A stretch of DNA of 42,656 nucleotides from Candidatus Limivicinus faecipullorum (lineage in GTDB: Bacteria > Bacillota > Clostridia > Oscillospirales > Oscillospiraceae): positions 1-42,656 of the forward strand of contig DVHY01000170.1 in the NCBI GenBank assembly GCA_018711755.1, in the 5' to 3' direction. Position numbers and translations under genes: made by a program. The notes below the pieces were generated by a model, which searched no databases, was not told where the DNA came from, and was given only the letters and a program-made list of their open reading frames with translations. Shown here piece after piece: positions 1 to 6,205 of this stretch (position 1 is the stretch's first letter; each line of letters opens with the position of its first letter).

Positions 1-49
1 TATATATCGAAAACTCTCTTATTAACTTTACATCATAAGACTAACAGCA

Positions 50-101
50 GCGGCGAAAAAAGTCAAGTGTGCCTCCTGTACGATTTTGACATTTTTCGCC
101 G
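50..101. repeat. 17-bp inverted repeat (arms 50-66 and 85-101, 16/17 complementary, 18-nt spacer) downstream of xpt
   Basis: The arms are GCGGCGAAAAAAGTCAA and TTGACATTTTTCGCCGC. The spacer contains CCTCC (GGAGG on the minus strand). Confidence 0.5.
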
Positions 102-127
102 CGATTAATTGTAGACATTCACCAATA

Positions 128-697
128 TCAACAGAAAATCAGTTTTCCGTTCTCCATAGAGGCGATACGGGCCAGGGATTCTATACGCAGGCCCTGGGAG
201 CGGAGCAGGTCGCCGCCGCCCTGGAAGACTTTTTCTATGGCAATGCCGGCGCCCACCAGGGTGGCCCCGGACAGCTCCACCAGCTTTTTGAGCCCCACCA
301 GGGCGGCGCCGGTAGCGAGAAAGTCGTCGATGATGAGCACCCGGTCCTCTTTTTTCAGGTACTCTTTGGACACCACCACGGTGTTGGTGTTGCCGTGGGT
401 AAAGGACTCCACCTCCACGGAGTACAGGTCGTTGGAGATGTTTTTGCTTTTGCTCTTTTTGGCGAAGACCAGGGGGCAGCCGAAGACATAGCCCGTCATG
501 GCGGCGATGGCGATGCCGGAGGCCTCGATGGTCAGCACCTTGGTGACCTCTTCCCCGGCGTAGAGCCGTTTCAGATCCAGGGCCATCTCATAGAGAAGGG
601 CGGGGTCTATCTGGTGGTTGAGAAAGCCGTCCACTTTCAGTATCCCTCCCGGCAGCACCCTGCCGTCGGAGAGGATGCGCTGCTGCAAAAGTTCCAT
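128..697 (-). CDS. xpt: xanthine phosphoribosyltransferase
   Basis: The track ORF 128..1036 is trimmed to the internal ATG at 697, which has GGAGG upstream. The protein reads MELLQQRILSDGRVL..KVDGFLNHQIDP and carries the PRPP motif VLIIDDFLATGAA. At 189 aa it is collinear with B. subtilis Xpt as I recall it. Confidence 0.9.
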   Translation of the reverse strand: MELLQQRILSDGRVLPGGILKVDGFLNHQIDPALLYEMALDLKRLYAGEEVTKVLTIEASGIAIAAMTGYVFGCPLVFAKKSKSKNISNDLYSVEVESFTHGNTNTVVVSKEYLKKEDRVLIIDDFLATGAALVGLKKLVELSGATLVGAGIAIEKVFQGGGDLLRSQGLRIESLARIASMENGKLIFC

Positions 698-774
698 GCT
701 CAGTCCTCCAAAAAGAATAGTCGCCTTGATTCTAGCGCAAAAGCCCCGCCTTGGCAAGACGAAAAAAGTCCTTT

Positions 775-2364
775 TCAGGGGATTTTTGTCATATCCTGTA
801 AAATGGCCTGGGCGCAGCGCAGGCCGTCCACGGCGGCGGAGGTGATGCCCCCGGCGTAGCCGGCCCCCTCGCCGCAGGGGTAGAGGCCCTTTACCGAGCT
901 TTGCAGGTCCTCTCCCCGGACGATGCGCACCGGGGAGGAGGAGCGGGTCTCCGGGGCGGTGAGCACCGCCCCGGCATCGTCGAAGCCCCGGAGCTTTTTT
1001 CCCAGCTCCGGCAGGGCGGCGGCGAGCACGGAGCATATCCTCTCCGGCAGCACCCGGCGTATATCCCCCCAGAAGACCCCCGGCTCATAGCTGGGCTTCA
1101 CCTTCCCCGGCCCGGAGCTGGGCTGTCCGGAGAGGAAATCCCCAACCAACTGGGCGGGAGCCCGGTACCCGCCGCTATATTCATAGGCCCGGCGCTCTAT
1201 CTCCCTCTGCCAATACATGCCGGCGAGGATGTGCCTGGAGGGGAAGTCCTCCGGCCGGAGGGTGACCAGCAGGGCCGAGTTGGCGTTTTCCCCGTCCCGC
1301 TGTGAATAGCTCATGCCGTTGGTGACCACGCCCCCCTCCTCGGAGGCGGCGGCGAAGACCTTGCCCCCGGGGCACATGCAGAAGGTGTAGGCGCTGCTGC
1401 CGTCGGGGAGATGGACGCTGAGCTTATAGGAGGCGGGGGGCAGCTTGCCTCTGGGGCGGCCGTACTGGGCCAGGTCGATGTCCCTTTGCAGGTGCTCTAT
1501 GCGCACGCCCATGGAAAAGGGCTTTTGCTCCATGGCTATGCCCTGGGCGCAGAGATTTTCAAAGCTGTCCCTGGCGGAGTGGCCTATGGCCAGGATGAGC
1601 CGGGAGCAGTCCAGGCTCTCCCTGCTGCCGCAGCGGCTGTACTCTATGCCGGTGAGATGGCCCTCATGGATAAGCAGCCTTTCAAAACGGGAGCCGAAGC
1701 GTATCTCGCCCCCCAGTTCAAGAATCTCCCGGCGGATGTTCCTGACCACATCCACCAGGATGTCGGTGCCCACATGGGGCATTGCGTCGTAGGTGACGCT
1801 CTCCGGGGCCCCGTGGCGGTAAAACTCCCGGAGCACCCAGCTCATCCGGGGGTCGTGGGTGCCGGTGTTCAGCTTCCCGTCGGAGAAGGTGCCGGCGCCC
1901 CCCTCCCCGAACTGCACGTTGCTCTCCGGGTCCAGGGCTCCGCCCCGGCGGAAGGCGTCCACGTCCTTTTGCCGCCGCTCCACCGGCTGTCCCCGCTCCA
2001 GGACTATGGGCCTGGCTCCGGCTCTGGCCAGGGCCAGGGCGGCGAACATCCCCGCCGGGCCGAAGCCCACCACCACCGGGGGGCTGTCCGGCTCCACCCG
2101 GGGCAGCTCCAGCTCCGGCGGCTCATAGGGGGAGATGGGGGCGATGTGCCGGTTCCGCTCCAGGTACTTCTCCTCCCCGGGCAGGCTCACGGCCACGGAG
2201 CAGACATAGTGTATGTCCGTTTTCTTTCTGGCGTCCAGGGAGCGCTTGACCAGTTTCAGTTCGCCTATCTCCCGGGCGGGACAGCCCAGGACCTTGGCGG
2301 CCCGGGGGCCCAGGGCGGAGATGTCCTCCCCCGGCTCCAGGCGCAGAGAACGTATAAGTATCAT
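775..2364 (-). CDS. FAD-dependent oxidoreductase (COG2509-type NAD(FAD)-utilizing dehydrogenase)
   Basis: The Rossmann motif VVVGFGPAGMFAALALA and the segment GEGGAGTFSDGKL are present. The start is trimmed to ATG 2364 (MILIRSL), which forms an ATGA overlap with the upstream stop. Confidence 0.8.
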   Translation of the reverse strand: MILIRSLRLEPGEDISALGPRAAKVLGCPAREIGELKLVKRSLDARKKTDIHYVCSVAVSLPGEEKYLERNRHIAPISPYEPPELELPRVEPDSPPVVVGFGPAGMFAALALARAGARPIVLERGQPVERRQKDVDAFRRGGALDPESNVQFGEGGAGTFSDGKLNTGTHDPRMSWVLREFYRHGAPESVTYDAMPHVGTDILVDVVRNIRREILELGGEIRFGSRFERLLIHEGHLTGIEYSRCGSRESLDCSRLILAIGHSARDSFENLCAQGIAMEQKPFSMGVRIEHLQRDIDLAQYGRPRGKLPPASYKLSVHLPDGSSAYTFCMCPGGKVFAAASEEGGVVTNGMSYSQRDGENANSALLVTLRPEDFPSRHILAGMYWQREIERRAYEYSGGYRAPAQLVGDFLSGQPSSGPGKVKPSYEPGVFWGDIRRVLPERICSVLAAALPELGKKLRGFDDAGAVLTAPETRSSSPVRIVRGEDLQSSVKGLYPCGEGAGYAGGITSAAVDGLRCAQAILQDMTKIP

Positions 2365-3572
2365 TTCCCCAGCCTCCCGGCCAGACGGCCGCTGCTCCAG
2401 GCCCACTGGAGGTTGTAGCCTCCGCAGTCCCCGTCCACGTCCAAAAGCTCTCCGCAGACGAAGAGCCCGGGCATGAACCAGCTCTCCAGGGTCTCCGGGT
2501 CGAAGCCGGCGGTCCTTATGCCCCCGGCGGTGACCTGGGCCTTGTCGAAGCCCTCGGTGCCCAGGAGCTTCAGCCGGAAATCCGTCGCTGCCCGGGCCGC
2601 GCTCTCCAGCCGGATGTCGCTTAGCCGAGCCAGAGCCGTCTCCTGGGGGATGGCGGCGTATTTCACCAGCATCCGGCCCAGGCGGTTGTGGAGCATGCCG
2701 GTGAAGAGCTCTGAGGCGGGCAGCCGGGGGAAGGTCTCCCGGCGGCGCAGCAGCAGAGCTGCCAGCTCCTCCGGGCTGAGGGCACGGAAGAAGTTTATGG
2801 AAAGCTCTCCCCCCTCACCGAGCCGGGCGGCGCTGCGGGAGATGTCGAAAGCCGCCGGGCCGGAGACGCCGTTTTCCGTGAACTGTATCTCCCCCAGGCC
2901 CCGGCAGAGGACTTCCCCTCCGGCCAGGAGCTTCAGCTCCCCGTCGGCACGGATGCCCTTCAGGGCCCTGGGGTATTCCGGGGCGGTGAGCAGCTGCACC
3001 AGGGCCGGGCGCAGGGCGGTGCGCTTGTGGCCCAGGGGCTTTAAAAGCTCGTAGCCGTCCATGACGCCGCCCAGCCTGGCCCCGGCGGCCCCGCCGCAGG
3101 CGACTATAACATAGTCCGCCTCCAGCCGCCCCTCATCGGTGATGACGGCGTAGCCCTTTTCCCGGCGCTCAATGGCCCGGGCGGGGCAGGAGCAGCGCAG
3201 CTCCACCCCGTATTTGTCCAGGGCGAAGCGCAGCAGGTCCGCCACGCTGTTGGCGGAGTCGGAGAGGGGGTAGACCCGTCCGCCCTCTTCGGTGACGGTG
3301 AGCAGGCCCAGGCCGTGGAAAAAGTCCAGGGCCTGGGCGGGAGTGAACTTGCTGAGGGCGGGGGCGGCGAAGCCCTCCTGTTCCCCATGATAGTTTTCAA
3401 GGGAGGCTCCGGTATTGGTGAGATTGCAGCGGCCGTTGCCGGTGGCCAGGAGCTTGCGGGCTATGCGCTGCTGCCGCTCCAAAAGGATGACCCGGCGGCT
3501 CCCCGCCTCCGCCGCGGTGATGGCGGCCATGAGGCCGGAGGCCCCGCCGCCTATGACTATGACAGTTTCCAT
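2361..3572 (-). CDS. HI0933/BaiN-like NAD(P)/FAD-dependent flavoprotein
   Basis: The N-terminus reads METVIVIGGGASGLMAAITAAE, followed by ATGNGRCNLTN. The C-terminus (GGYNLQWAWSSG) is typical of the HI0933 family. Confidence 0.85.
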   Translation of the reverse strand: METVIVIGGGASGLMAAITAAEAGSRRVILLERQQRIARKLLATGNGRCNLTNTGASLENYHGEQEGFAAPALSKFTPAQALDFFHGLGLLTVTEEGGRVYPLSDSANSVADLLRFALDKYGVELRCSCPARAIERREKGYAVITDEGRLEADYVIVACGGAAGARLGGVMDGYELLKPLGHKRTALRPALVQLLTAPEYPRALKGIRADGELKLLAGGEVLCRGLGEIQFTENGVSGPAAFDISRSAARLGEGGELSINFFRALSPEELAALLLRRRETFPRLPASELFTGMLHNRLGRMLVKYAAIPQETALARLSDIRLESAARAATDFRLKLLGTEGFDKAQVTAGGIRTAGFDPETLESWFMPGLFVCGELLDVDGDCGGYNLQWAWSSGRLAGRLGK

Positions 3573-3575
3573 GCA

Positions 3576-4574
3576 TCAACCTCTGTGGAGAATATCGTGG
3601 GCTACGGGGGTGTAGAACAGGCGGTTCACTTTCTCCACGTCCCCGGTCTGGGCCAGTATCCACATCATCTTGGCGTAGACCGCCTCGGTGGTCATGTCGA
3701 AGCCCTCCAGCACGTAGGGGTTGCCCTTCAGGCTGTGGCCAACGGAGTAGACGGACAGGTCGGAGCCCTCGTTCTGCACCTGGGTGGTGACCACGATGAA
3801 CTTGCCCTGGGCGGTGTGCCGCTCCACCAGCTCCAGGAGGCGGCTGTCCTCATAGGAGGGCAGGCCCCCCACGCCGAAGCACTCGATGATGAGGGCCTTG
3901 TTCCGGCTGAGGAGGAAGTCCAGCAGCTCCGGCTCGGTGCCGGGCACCATCTTCACCAGGGCCACCTTCTCCTCCAGCTCATGGAAGAAGCGGGGGTGGC
4001 GGCGGTAGCGGGGGCTGATATAGCACATGAGCCGGTGGTCCTGGAGTATGGCCAGGTCCGGGTAGTTGATGCTGGAAAAGGCGGCGAAGCTCTTGGAGCA
4101 GGTCTTTCTGGCCCGGGTGCCCAGGATGACCCGGCCGCTGAACACGATGTCCACCCCGGCCAGCTCCTCTGAGCAGGCGCAGACGAAGGCGTCGGTGAGG
4201 TTCAGCTTGGAGTCGGTGGAGTCGTAGTTGATGGGCTTTTGGGCGCCGGTCATGATAATGGGCTTGTCCGCGTCCTGGACCATGTAGCTGAGAGCGGCGG
4301 CGGTGTAGGCCATGGTGTCGGTGCCGTGGCTGATGACGAAGCCGTCGTAGAGCTGGTAGTTCAGCTCCAGGGCCCGGGAGATGGCGCACCAGTGCCGGGG
4401 GGTGATGTTGGTGGAGTCGATATTGAAAAGGGAGAGGCATTCCACCTGGCACAGCTCCCTGATGGCGGGCACATAGCTGAGCAGCTGGGCCGGGCGCAGC
4501 TCCGGGGTCAGGCCCTCCGGCGTCATCTCCGAGGCGATGGTGCCCCCGGTGCCCAGCATGAGAATCTTTTTCAT
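3576..4574 (-). CDS. ansA: type I L-asparaginase
   Basis: MKKILMLGTGGTIAS carries the active-site Thr motif, and HGTDTM is the second asparaginase signature. A GGGAGG ribosome binding site precedes the start. Confidence 0.85.
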   Translation of the reverse strand: MKKILMLGTGGTIASEMTPEGLTPELRPAQLLSYVPAIRELCQVECLSLFNIDSTNITPRHWCAISRALELNYQLYDGFVISHGTDTMAYTAAALSYMVQDADKPIIMTGAQKPINYDSTDSKLNLTDAFVCACSEELAGVDIVFSGRVILGTRARKTCSKSFAAFSSINYPDLAILQDHRLMCYISPRYRRHPRFFHELEEKVALVKMVPGTEPELLDFLLSRNKALIIECFGVGGLPSYEDSRLLELVERHTAQGKFIVVTTQVQNEGSDLSVYSVGHSLKGNPYVLEGFDMTTEAVYAKMMWILAQTGDVEKVNRLFYTPVAHDILHRG

Positions 4575-4623
4575 GGTCTGCCTCCCTTGTTTTTCTGCGC
4601 AAAGCGCATTTTTTTACTGAGTT

Positions 4624-4652
4624 ATTATATCAGTCCCGGCGGAGTTTATCAA
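4624..4652 (-). promoter_or_regulatory. sigma-70-like promoter for ansA
   Basis: On the minus strand: TTGATA, a 17-nt spacer, then TATAAT (plus-strand tatcaa 4647-4652 and attata 4624-4629). Confidence 0.4.
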
Positions 4653-4667
4653 TAAGGGGCCGCCGGC

Positions 4668-4695
4668 AAAAGCAAAGGCCGGGCGCAGCCCGGCC
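4668..4695 (-). terminator. intrinsic terminator after the DUF3267 gene
   Basis: The stem is GGCCGGGC/GCCCGGCC (4677-4695) with a 3-nt loop. It is followed on the minus strand by TTTGCTTTT. Confidence 0.5.
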
Positions 4696-4756
4696 GGAGA
4701 AGATATGGGATTTGGATAAAGACCGCCGGCAATGGGTGGAGAGCCCCGGCGGAGGC

Positions 4757-5386
4757 TCATCTCTCGAAAGCGGTCAGCCCGCATTCGTAGGGGTGGTCGT
4801 AGTACAGGGCTTCCCGGCCCTCCGGCCGGTAGCACAGGAGCTTTGCAATTATCAACATATCGCCCCCGCCGGCCAGGACCATGGTCACCGCCAGGACCAG
4901 CAGGAAGGGCCGGGCCAGGGCGATGGCGGCGGCGGAGAGGACAAGGCTCAGCACCAGAGTGGGCATGGCTCCGCCCAGGATGTACTGGCCCTTGGTGAGG
5001 GGTTCGGAGCAGCTGCAGTAGGGGGTGAGAGCTTTCCATATCACGCCGAAGGCTATGGAGCCGAAGCCCCTGGAGCAAAAGCGGCTCCAGGTGAGGCCGT
5101 GGATGAACTCGTGTACTGCTGTCAGGAGGAAAAAGACGGGGAAGAACACCAGCCACCAGAGCGAGCTCAGCTGAAAGCTGCCCTGGGGATTTACCAGAAA
5201 ATAAATGACCGTTATGGCAATGGCAAAAGGCAGACTCAACAGAAGGGAGAGTGTGTTGGCCGCCAGCAGACCCACTGTGAGCTCCCGTTTCCTGTAGCCG
5301 GCCTGCTCCATCTCCTGACAAAGCCGTTCATAGGCTTCCTTCCTCTTCAGCTCCGCCGGGCTCAGCTTCCGCTCTTTTCCCTTCAT
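4757..5386 (-). CDS. DUF3267-like polytopic membrane protein with HExxH motif (putative zincin peptidase)
   Basis: There are several hydrophobic segments, and HEFIH sits at the end of the second one. The start is trimmed to ATG 5386 (MKGKERK, GGAGGAG ribosome binding site) because a promoter lies inside the longer track ORF. Confidence 0.7.
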   Translation of the reverse strand: MKGKERKLSPAELKRKEAYERLCQEMEQAGYRKRELTVGLLAANTLSLLLSLPFAIAITVIYFLVNPQGSFQLSSLWWLVFFPVFFLLTAVHEFIHGLTWSRFCSRGFGSIAFGVIWKALTPYCSCSEPLTKGQYILGGAMPTLVLSLVLSAAAIALARPFLLVLAVTMVLAGGGDMLIIAKLLCYRPEGREALYYDHPYECGLTAFER

Positions 5387-5423
5387 TGCATGCTCTCCTC
5401 CATCCGAATTAACTGTGCCGTGG

Positions 5424-5452
5424 ATTATATCATGCCGTCCCGGCAAAAGTAA
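5424..5452 (-). promoter_or_regulatory. promoter with extended -10 for the DUF3267 gene
   Basis: On the minus strand: TTACTT, a 17-nt spacer, then TGaTATAAT. Confidence 0.45.
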
Positions 5453-5497
5453 AGATATCGGGGCGGGATTTAAGAATAATTAAGGGGATGCCGCCTT

Positions 5498-5686
5498 TCA
5501 TGGCCTGAAAAGTTCGTCCACCGTCAGCCCCAGCTCCCCGGCCAAGGCAAAGGCCAGGGCCAGGGTGGGGTCGTACTTGTTGTTCTCTATGGCGTTCACC
5601 GTCTGCCGGGTGACGGAGCAGCGTTTTGCCAGTTCCTCCTGGGAAAGGCCCAGCTCCTTTCGCCGCTCTCTTATGCAGTTTTCCAT
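5498..5686 (-). CDS. short XRE-family helix-turn-helix transcriptional regulator
   Basis: The 62-aa protein contains LSQEELAKRCSVTRQTVNAIENNKYDPTL, a classic Cro/C1 HTH. Its start lies 1 nt after the stop of the upstream membrane ORF. Confidence 0.85.
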   Translation of the reverse strand: MENCIRERRKELGLSQEELAKRCSVTRQTVNAIENNKYDPTLALAFALAGELGLTVDELFRP

Positions 5687-5687
5687 C

Positions 5688-5972
5688 TCAGCCCCCCAGC
5701 TTCCGCTTGAAATAGAGGCTGAAACAAAAATACATCGTGGCCGTCACGGTGAGGTGGATAAAGGGGTTTATCAGATCCACGCTGCCGGTGACAAAGCCCC
5801 TCACTATCTCGATGACCAGCATGCCCACCAGGCCCATAAGGGTCCAGGTGCTGGCCTTCCACACCACCATCTGCCGCCGCTCGTCCCCCGGCCGGAGCAG
5901 GGATATCAGCATGGCGATGTCCAGAACTATCATGGCGCAGAGCCACAGAATAAACAGCAGCGTCAAAAACAT
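5688..5972 (-). CDS. small membrane protein (about 3 TM) co-transcribed with the XRE regulator
   Basis: The 94-aa protein has three hydrophobic stretches. An AAAGGAGGA ribosome binding site lies 4 nt before the ATG, and the gene is coupled to the downstream HTH gene. Confidence 0.65.
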   Translation of the reverse strand: MFLTLLFILWLCAMIVLDIAMLISLLRPGDERRQMVVWKASTWTLMGLVGMLVIEIVRGFVTGSVDLINPFIHLTVTATMYFCFSLYFKRKLGG

Positions 5973-5991
5973 GGCGTCCTCCTTTGACAGA

Positions 5992-6065
5992 AAAAATGTA
6001 AAAAACTTTTGACATCCTCAGCATATAACAGGAGGGCAAAACTGTCAAGAGTTTTTTACATTTTT
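5992..6065. repeat. 23-bp inverted repeat (5992-6014 / 6043-6065, 22/23 match, 28-bp spacer) in the divergent regulatory region
   Basis: The left arm is AAAAATGTAAAAAACTTTTGACA. The reverse complement of the right arm is AAAAATGTAAAAAACTCTTGACA. A third TTGACAG lies at 5984-5990. Confidence 0.7.
6020..6048 (-). promoter_or_regulatory. candidate promoter of the membrane-protein/XRE operon
   Basis: On the minus strand: TTGACA (in the right arm of the inverted repeat), a 17-nt spacer, then TATGCT. The left arm would lie in the 5' UTR. Confidence 0.35.
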
Positions 6066-6147
6066 CCCGGAGGAAAATTTTGCCCGGTCTCTGCCGGGGC
6101 GGCCCTGGGGGAACCGGGAGCTTCCCGCCGGGCGGGCCCCGGACGCA

Positions 6148-6176
6148 TTGACGAAAGGGGGAAAAAGGGGTATAAT
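6148..6176 (+). promoter_or_regulatory. sigma-70-like promoter of the CotH operon
   Basis: TTGACG (6148-6153), a 17-nt spacer, then TATAAT (6171-6176). It lies 30 nt upstream of the ATG; the ribosome binding site is GAGGAG. Confidence 0.5.
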
Positions 6177-6205
6177 ACAATGTATTTTTCTGCCGAGGAG
6201 CAAGC

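Noticed and set aside
698-774. Looked for a purine (guanine) riboswitch upstream of xpt, as in B. subtilis xpt-pbuX
   Set aside because: Only 77 nt separate xpt from the upstream gene. I could not find the conserved three-way-junction core (the UAUAAU.../...CCGUAAAU-type loops). xpt is more likely read through from the flavoprotein genes or has a simple promoter.
128-1036. N-terminal extensions of many track ORFs (e.g. xpt 302 aa, ogt 266 aa, dacB-like 557 aa, lipoprotein 435 aa, AT3 444 aa)
   Set aside because: The extensions are Arg/Pro/Gly-rich read-through of upstream genes or spacers. In each case an internal ATG/GTG/TTG with a GGAGG-type ribosome binding site, a signal peptide or a stop-start overlap gives a product of the canonical family length.
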